A DNA stretch of 63,538 nt, counting the filler, from Stramenopiles sp. TOSAG23-6 (lineage: Eukaryota), in assembly GCA_900128565.1 (NCBI GenBank). It is 25 parts of 25 records of this genome, joined end to end, with 100 filler letters (N's around TTAATTAATTAA, not from the genome) between each part and the next. Parts side by side here need not be neighbours in the genome. Positions count along the whole stretch, not along the records: positions 10,241 to 12,697 come from LT638035.1; positions 12,798 to 15,253 come from LT638036.1; positions 15,354 to 17,808 come from LT638037.1; positions 17,909 to 20,361 come from LT638038.1; positions 20,462 to 22,913 come from LT638039.1; positions 23,014 to 25,464 come from LT638040.1; 19 more parts are not named here. One strand, 5' to 3'. The notes beneath the pieces are model-generated. The model saw only the letters and a program-made list of their open reading frames with translations, did no database searches and was not told the DNA's origin. Both the position numbers and the translations under genes were made by a program. This document shows, in pieces, positions 12,617-24,592 of the stretch. Position 1 is the stretch's first letter. Each line of letters begins with the position of its first letter.

Positions 12617-12895
12617 ATGTATTTTGGAAAAATATTTCAAAAAATAATCGTTAGGTACAAAATTTCGTACGAAAAATAAATTCGAAATTGAAAAAAANNN
12701 NNNNNNNNNNNNNNNNNNNNNNNNNNNNNNNNNNNNNNNNNTTAATTAATTAANNNNNNNNNNNNNNNNNNNNNNNNNNNNNNNNNNNNNNNNNNNNAAA
12801 TATTTCAAAAAAAAAAACTAAAATTTNTTNGGTNCAAANTTNCGTATGAAAACCAAAAAAAAAAAATTAGACAAAACATTGAAATAAAAACGTAC

Positions 12896-13813
12896 ATCTG
12901 TTATAATCTCTACATTTGGCCCCTTTTCTTGTTTAATAATTGGTTTGAAGGAAATATACCTTGACCTTTTCCCATTCATACTAAGATCGGGGTTAATCTT
13001 AACTAATGCCTTTGGAATGAGGGAGTCCATCTGAAGTTGCTTCTCCAATATATCATTAGTAACAAGTTGCTTTTTAATTATATTACAATCTAAACCAAGC
13101 TTGCATCTCTCTCCTTTTGTGGTTTCTTTATATTCACAATAAGGACCACAGAGTTGATAGCAGGTATGAAAACAATTATTTTTACAATTTTCTTTCTTAG
13201 GACAAATTTTACAACACGGTACTTCAGGAGATTTTGTTGTCATTATAGTAGTAGTGGTCTCACCTTGATGTACAGCAATTTCTGTATGGGATGGCACCGA
13301 TTCTACTAGCTCAGCACCTGGGATTGGACTATCATTTGCTCCGTGCATCCAGGAGACCCAACCTCCATTTGGATTTTCAGTGAGTACTTCTACATCCCCA
13401 GTTGGACTGGCAATGGTTTCAACTGGTATTATATCCGGTGCTGTTGTTGCTTCAATCCTAGATGGCAAATATAGAGGAGCTGCTGGCTCTGATATTCTTT
13501 GTGGTTGCACTTTTGCTGTTTTAGTGTGAGTTTCAGCTTGTGTTGGTGTATTTTTTGGATGAATTTCTGCTGTAATTTTGTGCGTCTGGGGCTGTATTTG
13601 TATATTTTGTGGGTGTACTTCTGCAGTTAATCTGTGTGTAACAGTATGAATCTCTGTCTCTGCCTCAGGTTGTGTAATAGTATGAATCTCTGCCTCAGGT
13701 TGTGTAATAGTATGAATCTCAGGTTCCGTCTTACGTCGTCGAAGTTGGTGAGAAATTGAATTAACTCTAGAGAGTAATATCATAAAAAACAACAGCATTG
13801 ATGAATATCGCAT
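12896..13813 (-). CDS. Secreted Thr/Pro-rich protein with a Cys-rich module (3'-partial)
   Basis: Hydrophobic N-terminus, EIHTITQPEA repeats, CCKICP...C...C cluster; GTACG donor at 12895. Confidence 0.7.
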
Positions 13814-14149
13814 TTGGATTGAGCTTGGCTTTGCCGTTATGGGTGATTTTTCTGACTTTTAAAAGTATTCACTTGGTAGGTGATGATGATGATAAAGCGA
13901 AATTTAAATTTCAAATTTGAAAAAAGAATACGCAAAAAAATGAATTTGATTCTTTGCGTTGTCTTCATTGAAGGAAACAGGTTTGTGTTTTTTTTTGACA
14001 TCACTTTTTGGCGCCATCTTTTCTGCACATGATTTGCGCGCGACCAAGAAAATAGCAATCCATTACAGTCCAGCTAAGTTTGGCCTCTAATTTGCATTGC
14101 ATTTTTTAATTAACTTTGTCANAGGGATTATTATCTGCCATCAAGGCTT

Positions 14150-15198
14150 ATGACATTAGCAGGACTAAATAATGGTAGAGTACTCGTGCAAGATTCTAAC
14201 TTTGTCTCTACATCAACTGTGTCATGTTTATCAGCAAGGTCAAAGTGTGCTCTCGCAGTGACTTCTTCTTTATCTCAAAATTGCAAAGATGTCGAACATA
14301 CTCGAGCTCGTTCTCCAAAGAGGGGCCGAATATTATGTTCAGCAGAAGATCGCATGAACTTCAGCATGAAGTGTATGTCACCAACAAAACGGAGACGTTC
14401 AACTTCGAGACCAAGTCTTAGTNAGTTCCACGGTTTCACGAAATCAGTTGAGAAAAATAAAATGGTGCAAGAAGATATTACCAACACAGTTGATACAATA
14501 TTGTTATCAGTAGATGGAATAAATAATAACCTACCCTCTATAGCTCACGAAAATAATCAAAATATACGAAATTCTGAAAACAAAAATATTGAAATAAAAA
14601 AGTCAAACTTATATTGCGGAAGTTTCTCTAGCGACTTATGTTTACGTGATGGAGACGACAGGGCGGAAGGTCTTACCAAAGGTGACGATAACAATGTGAA
14701 AAACATGTTTAATAACAATGAAATTGCAGACGAACTTGAAAATGAAACTTCTGCCAGGTATAATATTACATTGACTCCCATACAACGACATCAGAGAAGT
14801 CAAATTCGAAATTCGTTATGTACAGAATTTAGTACGAAAAAAAAGAGATGTTATGATAGTCCTATTGGTCGTTTTGATCGTCACTCAGACACCGAAGTGT
14901 CTCTATTTTCTCCTGGTGGCTCAAAGCATTACATAGATAAACATTCCAATGATGTATTAAAATCACCCTCTCAAGAAAAAAATATGAATTTGAAACAAAA
15001 AAATGGTTTAAATAGTTCTAGTGATACACTTCGAATATCTCCAAGAAGAACAAGTTTATCACACACCACCTCAACACCTCCGTTAGTTCCAGATAACTCG
15101 CACAAAAATAGTGTTGACATCAATAGTAGACAAAAAGCTCGAATCGCCGCAAGACTCAAAGCCACAAAATTATTACGATTCTCATCGGTGGACATTGT
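14150..15198 (+). CDS. Uncharacterised Ser/Asn-rich disordered protein, first exon
   Basis: ~350-codon ORF ending at a family donor GTATGTTTT. Confidence 0.6.
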
Positions 15199-15367
15199 GT
15201 ATGTTTTATATGAATTTCTAATTTAATTTTTTTTTCATACGAAATTTCGTACCNNNNNNNNNNNNNNNNNNNNNNNNNNNNNNNNNNNNNNNNNNNNTTA
15301 ATTAATTAANNNNNNNNNNNNNNNNNNNNNNNNNNNNNNNNNNNNNNNNNNNNCCGAAGATTCTAAT

Positions 15368-16525
15368 TTGACGAAGAGAAACTCATACAGTCAAACATTA
15401 CATACTGGAACTACTAAATCAAAAAATATATTCAAACAACTGAGTTTCCTTCCTAAATCTGTGCCATGTTATATAAGTTCTTCTGTGCGTGCAGATGGAA
15501 TGACTATTGAACCAAACTATCAGAGATCTCTGTCAAGTGACTTCGAGCTTGATAAAAAGTCTCTCGCCAGCGGAAAGTTTGGTGTAGTTCGAGTCGGACA
15601 TAGAATAAATCCTGTTGATGGAAGTGAATCTCGTGTCGCTGTTAAAACTGTAGATGTGATTCGTGGTGGAGCTGATATTAAAGAAGTTGATATCGTCAAT
15701 TCCATCGATTCTATGAAAACGATGTCCTTTGATACATTATATCTTACTCGGGGAAAATGTCATTTAATATCGCCTCTATATGAAGGAGGTGACTTATTTG
15801 ACCTGATAGTATCACAGCCGCGTTCACATTTTGATGAGAACAATGCATCACTTTTATTCAGAAAAATATTACATTGTGTTCGAGATTGTCATAAGAGCGG
15901 AGTTGTCCATTTAGATATAAAACCAGAAAACTTTTGCCTTCGCAAACCTGTTCATGCCGACGTGTACAACGTTGGTGAAGTTGCAGACCTAGTATTAATA
16001 GATTTTGGTTATGCTATTCGCATAGATGACGAAGAGTCTATAGATAATATGACGAATGTTGTTCTTAATAGATCTGGAGATTCCGTCTCTTCAAGTATAA
16101 AACCAAGTATGGAAATAAAAGAGCAAAAGCTTGAAGAATGGCGGTTACGTAATGTTGCTGGTTCTGTGACGTATGCAGCTCCTGAATTATTAGATAGTCG
16201 ATATTCTAAAGCATCAGACATGTGGTCTCTTGGTGTTGTTCTGTATATTTTACTTACTGGGCAACCACCATGGCAACAGGATCAAAAATATACGATACAT
16301 GAAAAACAGAAAATAATTGAAAATATGAATACAAATTTAAAAAGTAACCAATGTGAACATTCTCAAATATTCAGTCACACGTCACCCGAAGCAGTCAATT
16401 TAGTAAGACAACTGTTGTCATTAGATCCTAAAAAACGAATTTCAGTTGAAGAAGCACTGTCGCATCCGTTTGTTTCAAGGAAAATTTCAGAGGAAGAGGA
16501 GGACTTGATCTCAGTAGCAGCCTAA
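15368..16525 (+). CDS. CAMK/CDPK-like Ser/Thr protein kinase (5'-partial)
   Basis: GKFGVV, VAVK, HLDIKPEN, DFG, APE and DMWSLG motifs. Confidence 0.93.
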   Translation: MTKRNSYSQTLHTGTTKSKNIFKQLSFLPKSVPCYISSSVRADGMTIEPNYQRSLSSDFELDKKSLASGKFGVVRVGHRINPVDGSESRVAVKTVDVIRGGADIKEVDIVNSIDSMKTMSFDTLYLTRGKCHLISPLYEGGDLFDLIVSQPRSHFDENNASLLFRKILHCVRDCHKSGVVHLDIKPENFCLRKPVHADVYNVGEVADLVLIDFGYAIRIDDEESIDNMTNVVLNRSGDSVSSSIKPSMEIKEQKLEEWRLRNVAGSVTYAAPELLDSRYSKASDMWSLGVVLYILLTGQPPWQQDQKYTIHEKQKIIENMNTNLKSNQCEHSQIFSHTSPEAVNLVRQLLSLDPKKRISVEEALSHPFVSRKISEEEEDLISVAA

Positions 16526-16578
16526 AACGCACACTAAATAAATATTTTATTGAATAACTATTTTGTTATTTTTTATTT

Positions 16579-17808
16579 TTAGGGAATGGGACGGTTGTAT
16601 TGATTAGTATCACTCTGTTCTTCTGGCGGTGCTTCAGCTTCTATATTGTTCCAATCTTCCCACTCCTGCCACTCTTGTTCTGCTTTCGACTTTAATTTCC
16701 TTATAGCGCCTGTTCGAAACAGCTTTTTAACTGATTTTGTAATCGGGTATTCTGGATTAGCTGGAGCCATTGATTGAAAATAAACCATTAATTCAGTATG
16801 TTGTCGATAGCATGCTAAATCGAATGAGGAAACTCCTTTCTTATTTCTCGATCGGAATTCACAACCAGCTAATATAAGTAGTTTAGAGATTTCTAAATAC
16901 CCCTCTTTTGCAGCTAAATGAAGAGGCGAATTACCTGCATCATCTGTTACAGCAAACACATTTGCACCATTTTCAATTAGTATTGAGACTATATCTGTAT
17001 GCCCTCGACCAGCAGCACAATGCAAAGGAGTAAAACCATGATTATTAATGACTCTGATACTAGCTTTCGCTTTGAGCAATGCACGTACACAGTCTCTTTG
17101 ACCCGACGTACAAGCTAAATGGAGTGCTGTCCAACCTCCACTATCTTTTAAGTCGATGTCTTGAACTGGTCGAGCACGCAGCATCTCGCGTATAACTAAC
17201 TTTAGAATTTTGGTGTATCCTTGAGTTGCTGCAATGTGTATGGCGGCGCGCTTCCGCACATCGATGGACACAATTGAAAAATTGCATGACTTTAGGAAGC
17301 CTTCGCCCACAGCTCGCTTCGCTTTATTTTTAGTTGCTGCCTCTGCCGCAGCAATAGCCTTTTTTATCTCCTCCTTATCCATTTTTTTCATCTTAGAGCC
17401 TTCTTTTAACTGCTGGGGTGCTTTCTTCTTTGCACGACTCACTAGAGACTTAACATCTTTTAAATTCACATATTGTACTGCTGCAAGCCAAGGTTCGTCC
17501 TCTCCTAAATTAAGCTTCGCAACGTCTAATTTCCACTGTGCTTCGTTTTTCATTCGTTCATCATTTTTCAGTTGGTCCCTTCGATTGGCCTCTTCCATAT
17601 TTAGCATGTCGGAAATCTGTTGTACCCAATCAATTGCGTCTTTCTTCGTTCGTGCTTTGAATCTAAATATGCCATCCGTCGTTAGTCCGTGATGGTAAAG
17701 TGCCAACCCTGTCGATATATCTCTTGTTATAGCTACGTTGAATTGAGTTTCTTCAGGATCATCTGTATCAATTTCAATACCATCTCTTTCCATTTCCTCC
17801 GCTAAAAT
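16579..17808 (-). CDS. PH-like plus ankyrin-repeat protein (5'-partial)
   Basis: FRFKA....AIDWV PH tail; GWTALHLA, GFTPLHCAA, GNSPLHLAA ankyrin repeats. Confidence 0.88.
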   Translation of the reverse strand: MLAEEMERDGIEIDTDDPEETQFNVAITRDISTGLALYHHGLTTDGIFRFKARTKKDAIDWVQQISDMLNMEEANRRDQLKNDERMKNEAQWKLDVAKLNLGEDEPWLAAVQYVNLKDVKSLVSRAKKKAPQQLKEGSKMKKMDKEEIKKAIAAAEAATKNKAKRAVGEGFLKSCNFSIVSIDVRKRAAIHIAATQGYTKILKLVIREMLRARPVQDIDLKDSGGWTALHLACTSGQRDCVRALLKAKASIRVINNHGFTPLHCAAGRGHTDIVSILIENGANVFAVTDDAGNSPLHLAAKEGYLEISKLLILAGCEFRSRNKKGVSSFDLACYRQHTELMVYFQSMAPANPEYPITKSVKKLFRTGAIRKLKSKAEQEWQEWEDWNNIEAEAPPEEQSDTNQYNRPIP

Positions 17809-17962
17809 NNNNNNNNNNNNNNNNNNNNNNNNNNNNNNNNNNNNNNNNNNNNTTAATTAATTAANNNNNNNNNNNNNNNNNNNNNNNNNNNNNNNNNNNN
17901 NNNNNNNNGTACGAAATTTTGTACCTAACAATTTTTTTTTCAAATATTTTTCCAAAATACAT

Positions 17963-19879
17963 GGACGTTCCATACTTTTATTATCAGATCATATGCCTGT
18001 TCGAGCTGTATTTCGAATTTATGTAGATGAAATTTCTACCCTAAATAAAAGTAGAAATAGTACAAGTAATAGTAAAGACGAAGTTGTTATAGGGTATTGT
18101 AATGACATTTCACAGATGGAATTTTATTGCCTTGATAAAAATCCTAACCCAAATAGAAAAAACAATCAAAAAAATACAACTTCTATAAAAAAAATGCCTC
18201 TATTAACGATTCCCTCCCTTCACCATGATTTTAAAAATTGGCCACATCAAAAAAATACTACTGCAACTGAAAATGCAAATAATCTAAATTATCTAAAACA
18301 TTTAAAAAATTCAAAAGATAAAAAATTAGACAAACATAGACTAGGCATTTATAAAGTGGATGTACGTTTTATTTTTTTTTTTAAACAAAAAATCGATTTT
18401 TTTTCGTACGAAATTTTGTACCTAACAATTTCTTTTAGATTTTTTTTGAAATATTTTTCATAATAAATGATGCAAATCATGTGTTACATATATATCAAAT
18501 ATTTACGTTGTGTACGAAATTGGTACAAGATAAGAATAAATCAAACCATACAATATCAATTTTACCACTTGTACCCGTTCATAAAAATATCATTATTTGT
18601 ACGTTATCAAATGAAAGTCTAAACGATAGAAATGTAGGATTTCCATGTTGTTGTATAAAAACAGGAAGAAAAAGAAAAAAAATAAAAAAAAAAAAAAGTC
18701 GTCAAAATCAAAACAATCAAAAACATATGAAATCTCTACAGGAATTTCTACAGTTTCATAATCCTCATACATCGTATCAATCAGCTTTACAATTATGTGC
18801 TCAAACTATGGCTTTGCATTCAGTTGTTGCTTTTGTCTTTGGATTATTAGATTGGTGTTCTTATTGGTGGATTTGTCCAAATGGACAGGTTTGTACTGAT
18901 ATGAAATGTATAGAATTTCTACTGGGTTGTAAAAATACAAAACATACAAAACATACAAAACATACAAAACATACAAAAAATATATTTACACATAACCCTA
19001 CTAAAATCAGGACATATTTAGAACCGCTCTCAGTAGCAGGAGAAATTATGCAATCCATTGACATGCTTGATGAATGGCGCGAACATGAACGTTTTATTTT
19101 TTTTCAATTTCGAATTTATTTTTTTTGTACGAAATTTCTTACCTAACAAAAAAAACAATATAAAAATATATTTTTTCACAATACATGCTATTGCAACATG
19201 GTTTGTTTTACGAAACAATGTCACTTCGTTTAGTAGTATATTTCGTGTGTTTACAAAAACACAAACACCACGAAATATGTATGAACATGCTATGGTGTAC
19301 ATAACAGAAACGTTACATCTAGATTGCATTAAAAAGAAAAACAAACAAAAAATTCGAAATTCGTTTTTTACAATTTTACAAAAGTCAGCAATATCAAATT
19401 CTACACTGACTTTACAAAATTTGATACAAAATTTGTTACCTAAAGGTATGATAACATCACAACGTTCCAATCTAAATACTCTACAAATCAAAATATTGAA
19501 AATGCAAACGATGAAATTGAAAAGTGTATGTTTTTTTTTCAAATTCGAAATTTTTTTCGTACGCAATTTTGTACTTAACAATTTTTTTTTGAAATATTTT
19601 TCCAAAATACATACACTTCAAAAAAAATATTTAAAAGATAATGAAATTTTACCTGTTGGTTTTTATGCTGGTTCTATTGACGATAGACTGTGTGCTGTGT
19701 ATGGTACAAAAAATGGTACAAAAAATAGAATTGATAGAATTGAACTTTTTTTTTCTACTATTTCAGATATTTCGTGTTCTGGTGGTAGTGATATTTCAGA
19801 AGAGGAAGACGGAAATAAAAGTAGAAGAAGATGTTCATCTTGGATGCAACAAATTCCCCCAGGAACACCTCCACCATAA
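17963..19879 (+). CDS. Multi-exon protein with an inositol 5-phosphatase-type C-terminal motif and a degenerate PI3K-like region; introns 18362-18468, 19087-19186, 19526-19612
   Basis: SDHMPVRAVF motif; later CAQTMALHSVVAFVFGLLD..NGQV..D and AIATWFVLRN resemble PI3K catalytic-domain segments; exons join in frame with AT-ending introns. Confidence 0.5.
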
Positions 19880-20004
19880 TTGTAGTACTATAGATATTTG
19901 ATGAGATTCCGTACCTTTTTTTCGTGCCTAATTTTTCTAATAATTTTAATTTTTAACAAACGAAAAGTTTATAAAAATAAATACTTCTTTTTATTAATAA
20001 TTTA

Positions 20005-20309
20005 TCATGTTGTTGTATCATTATCTTCTGGTGCCATATTGTCCTCACTCATTTCTGTTACTATTCCTATTGTTGCTTGATTTCTACATTTTACACAATA
20101 CAGGAAAAAAAATGCTGCAATGAAAGAGAGGCTGACAACAGAAACGATCACGTAAATAATGTTTTCTTTTTTATCACTATCATTATTTATACAGCAGCCA
20201 GTTTTAAATGCTTCGCCCAATGTATTTATGTAGGTTGTGCAAGTGGACTTTGATGATATTATAACATATTTCCCACAATTTTGGATTTTTTTCTCAAATT
20301 GAAACGTAC
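20005..20309 (-). CDS. Terminal exon of a single-pass membrane protein
   Basis: Follows a family acceptor; IIYVIVSVVSLSFIAAFFFLYC transmembrane segment and short acidic tail. Confidence 0.6.
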
Positions 20310-20587
20310 ATGTATTGTAAAAAAAATTAAATTCGAAATTTGTTAGGTACAAAATTTCGTANNNNNNNNNNNNNNNNNNNNNNNNNNNNNNNNNNNNNNN
20401 NNNNNTTAATTAATTAANNNNNNNNNNNNNNNNNNNNNNNNNNNNNNNNNNNNNNNNNNNNAACATATCAACACATCAAAGAACTTTTCTTGAATGGAAA
20501 AGTAGTTTCACAATATCTTGATCTCCATATTGAATCTTTTCAACTTTTAGCAATGCTGTATACTTTTGAAAATATTTTCTTCATCAT

Positions 20588-21571
20588 TCATGGTCCATCT
20601 TCACCTGCTTCAGCAATCGCACTCGCAGCTTCAAGTAGTTGAATTATTTCCGCATAACCATACTTTGAAGCAATAAGCAATGGGGTACTTCCATAATTAT
20701 CAGCATGATTGACATCAGCACCCTTTTCAAGAAGTAGTTGAACTACTCCCTCAAAACCCTTTTGAGAAGAAATAAGCAATGGCGTAACTCCGTTTTGTTT
20801 AGGCTGATTGACATTTGCACCTTTACCAAGAAGTAATCGAACTACTCCCTCAAAACCCTCTGCTGAAGCACGATACAATGGGGTTTCTCCATACTTGTTC
20901 TCCGCGTTGACATCAATTCTCTCTGCACCAAGAAGTAATTCAACTACTCCAACATGACCATTCTGTGAAGCAACAATCAATGGGTTACATCCAGAACAGT
21001 TAGCCATATTAACCTGAATTCTATCCTCATTAAGAAGAACTCGGACTACTTCATCATGACCATTCCATGAAGCAATAGTCAATGGGGTCCATCCACGTTC
21101 TGTAGCCTGATTGAAATCAGCACCTTTATCAAGAAGTAGTCGAACTACTCCCTCATAACCATTTTCGGAAGCAGTATACAATGCGGTTTGTCGGTTTCCA
21201 ATAGTCGCGTTGACATTCGCACCCATTTTCAAGAACAAATTGACTTTCTCTGTGTCTCCCTTCCCGGCAGCCAGGTAAAGGAATATATTTCTTGGGTCGT
21301 TTATCGCCCACTTGGAGTACTGAACATCTTGAAAAGCTCTTGAAGCCCCCCTCAATCCAAACGAGTCATGAGATGATAGACAGCCTGCTACTGTATTTCT
21401 AACAACTCCCTGTTGTGGGGCTTGTAAAAGTTGCGTGAGTTCCGTGGTGGGGAGAGTAGTAGGAGTGTTATCTGTAGCTGCTGCTACAGGGCTTGATGAT
21501 GCTGCTTCAACTTCAATATGAAATACATTTTGAGATAAAAGTAACATTGTACATAATATAAACCGTATCAT
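20588..21571 (-). CDS. Signal peptide, F-box-like segment and ankyrin repeats
   Basis: MIRFILCTMLLL leader; about 7 ankyrin repeats (TPL..AS..G..VV.LLL..GA.VN); intronless. Confidence 0.85.
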   Translation of the reverse strand: MIRFILCTMLLLSQNVFHIEVEAASSSPVAAATDNTPTTLPTTELTQLLQAPQQGVVRNTVAGCLSSHDSFGLRGASRAFQDVQYSKWAINDPRNIFLYLAAGKGDTEKVNLFLKMGANVNATIGNRQTALYTASENGYEGVVRLLLDKGADFNQATERGWTPLTIASWNGHDEVVRVLLNEDRIQVNMANCSGCNPLIVASQNGHVGVVELLLGAERIDVNAENKYGETPLYRASAEGFEGVVRLLLGKGANVNQPKQNGVTPLLISSQKGFEGVVQLLLEKGADVNHADNYGSTPLLIASKYGYAEIIQLLEAASAIAEAGEDGP

Positions 21572-21951
21572 TTTGTTATGAGAGTAATTAGTTATACGTA
21601 GTAGTGTGCCAATTTGTTTACTGATTATTGTGCGCACACCAAAACGAACAACAACAACAACACATGGTTATAGGTAGTTCCTGAGTCAGCTGATCAATTA
21701 TTCAACTAAGAGAAAAGACTGTGTCAAAAAAACAAGCAGTTTTGTTCCGAAATATTGACAACTGAATTTCGAATCGAATAATTTCTACATCTTTCAAAAA
21801 ATTAGATTGTTTTGTTAGGTACAAAATTTTCATAATAAAAAAAATGTAGAATCGAATAATTTCCACATCTTTATATTTAGCAATAAATGTAAACCATCAA
21901 GTTGAAACTTGTCTTTTAATTAGGGTTAGGGTTTTGGAATAATTTTCCATT

Positions 21952-22801
21952 TCAAACTTGTCTTTTAATAAGTTTTTGGAATAATTTTCCATTAGAATTA
22001 TCTACATCAACTAAATCCTGATATGTCCCAGTTTCAACAATTTGTCCTTCATGCATTAACGCAATAGAGTCAGCAGCGCGCATTGTACTAACTCTATGCA
22101 TTTTGGAAAAATATTTCAAAAAAAAAATTCTAAAATTTGTTAGGTACAAAATTTCGTACGAAACCAAAAAAAAAAATAAATTCGAAATTGAAAAAAAATA
22201 AAACGTACATGAGCTATGGATATAATAGTTGTATTTGTTTCACCTATTTTCGTTTTATTACAAATACGATGTACCGCACGTTGAATCTCATACATATATT
22301 TAAAAAAAATATTTTTTTTTTTGTAAAATTTGTTAGGTACGAAATTTCGTACGAAAAAAAAAATTAGACAAAAAAATCAAAAAAAAATAAAACATACTCA
22401 CTTTCTGAATCTAAAGCTGATGTTGCTTCATCAAGAATGATAATAGGAGGATTTATCAGGAGAGCTCTAGCCAATGCAATTCGTTGTTTTTGCCCACCTG
22501 AAAGTTGAATACCTCGTTCTCCAACCATGTAGTATGAAAAAATATGACACATTTGAAATGGGTCAAATAAAATGTTACGTACAAAAAATTTTGGTACAAA
22601 TTTTGGTACAAATTTTGGTACAAAAAAAAAAAAAAAAAATTAAAATTGGTGATGAAAAATTACATTGTATCAAGACCATCTGGCAGAGCCATCACGAAAT
22701 CATAAGCAGAAGATGCAATTAAAACGTCTTCGATTTGTGACAAATTTGCATCTGGACATCCAAATTTTATATTATCCAATAGAGAACATTTATTGTCAAA
22801 C
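21952..22801 (-). CDS. ABCB-type ABC transporter, C-terminal nucleotide-binding domain; GT-AT introns 22527-22663, 22294-22397, 22096-22208
   Basis: [50 protein letters not shown]. Confidence 0.93.
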
Positions 22802-22850
22802 ATATATTTAACACATTCGATTTTTTTTTGTTAGATACAAAATTTCATAC

Positions 22851-22890
<40 letters not shown>

Positions 22891-23139
22891 AAAAAAACAA
22901 AAAAAAAAAAAAANNNNNNNNNNNNNNNNNNNNNNNNNNNNNNNNNNNNNNNNNNNNTTAATTAATTAANNNNNNNNNNNNNNNNNNNNNNNNNNNNNNN
23001 NNNNNNNNNNNNNTTTTGCAATCATTTATTTTGGAAAAATATTTCAAAAAAATTTAAAAAAAATTGTTAGGTAAAAAATTTTTTTACCAAAAAAAAAAAA
23101 AAAAATGTAGACAAAAAATTGAAAAAAAATAAAACATAC

Positions 23140-24235
23140 ATGAAGTTTGTTTGCTATCGTTGTAATTCTTGTGTTTATAAGCAGAAAATCGATTCATTCT
23201 TTGCAAATGATTCTGTTTTATTGTTGAAATATTTGATGATTTTGATAATGTTGATGATGATTTTGATGAGTTTTCTATACGAAATTCTGTACCATCTTGA
23301 CATTTTTTTTCATTTTTTTCATTTTTTTTATTTTTTTCATTTTTTTTATTTTTTTTATTTTTTATATTTGTTTGCAATTGTAGTGTTAATTCTTTAACTC
23401 GTGCCTTTATTGCTTCATTGTCCAATCCAGATATACGTAATGCTGTTTGAATATTAGCAAGACTTTCATTATCTAATCTACTTTTACCTGTTTTGTATGA
23501 ACATATTTCAAAAATATTATTTTTTTTTGTTTTTTTGGTTAGGTACAAAATTTCGTATGAAAAAAAAAAAAAAAAGTAGTAGGGTTAGGATAAAGTACAT
23601 ATACCCCTTTCAATTCTGCTCCGTACAAACACTTTTTTCGTTCTATATTCTTCATCTACAACAGTTGTGTCCAAACCAGATAAAATCATTCGCTCAAATA
23701 TTCTTACTTTTGTAAAACCCAACACATCATGTAAATGAAATATATGTCGATATTCAGGGTGAATATTCGCATTGATGAGAGGTTCCTTTAATGGAAACTT
23801 TAACGTTTCCTTTAGAGATTGCTTTTCTCCCAATGTTGCACATGGTACAACTGTTCCTTGTTTTTTTGATTCTGTTGATTCCTTTGGTTGTTTTGGTATA
23901 CTATATTTAGAAGTCCGTCGTTGTTTTGTGTGACTAGGTAATGTTGTCGTGACACTTTTGTCACTTTGTTTTTTTTGGTTATCTTGGTTATTTTGGTTAT
24001 TTTGGATCGGGAGACCAGTGTATTCTTTTAAATACTTGACACTATCAATCTTGATCTGTGTACTGTCTTTTCGCCCCTTTCCTCCACGGAACATTTTTTG
24101 TATTGTAATTGCTGATGTATGTCGTTTAGCAGTATATTTTGATGTATATGGAACATTCTGAGGATTCCTAAGTGAATCTCTTATTTGTGTTGGGGTCCAA
24201 GGCCTGGAAAGAAGAGAACAATGAGAACCGCTCAT
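23140..24235 (-). CDS. IQ-motif protein (3'-partial); intron 23503-23598
   Basis: SAITIQKMFRG IQ motif; frames join with GT-AT removal. Confidence 0.65.
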
Positions 24236-24592
24236 GTCACTCCATTGAAGTCGTCTTTGACAATCAGTGTTCTGCTATATAACCTTGAGTGTATCAAGTA
24301 ATGGTGATTATACGCATTTGAAATATAAATGCATTGTTTGTAATACTATAGCTATTAGCAATAGTTTAGGATGCTATAATTAACAAAAATGATTTTTACA
24401 GTGGGACACAATGTCATATATAATAACGTAAAAAAACACGAAATCCACTAGTTTTAACAAAAAGATATAAAATTGTCGTTACCTTTTTTGTTTTGTAGTT
24501 TTTTCTTCTTTACATTTTCAATCAAAAATTAATTGAACAAACTGAAGTTCTGAAAATATCTTTGAAAACATTTAAAACATTTATACACAACA

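Noticed and set aside
10300-12697. Introns as U12-type AT-AC introns
   Set aside because: No ATATCCTT donor or TCCTTAAC branch consensus; the shifted ends are variable (AC, AT, AA, GC, CC, TC) and register-fixing junctions favour GT-AT
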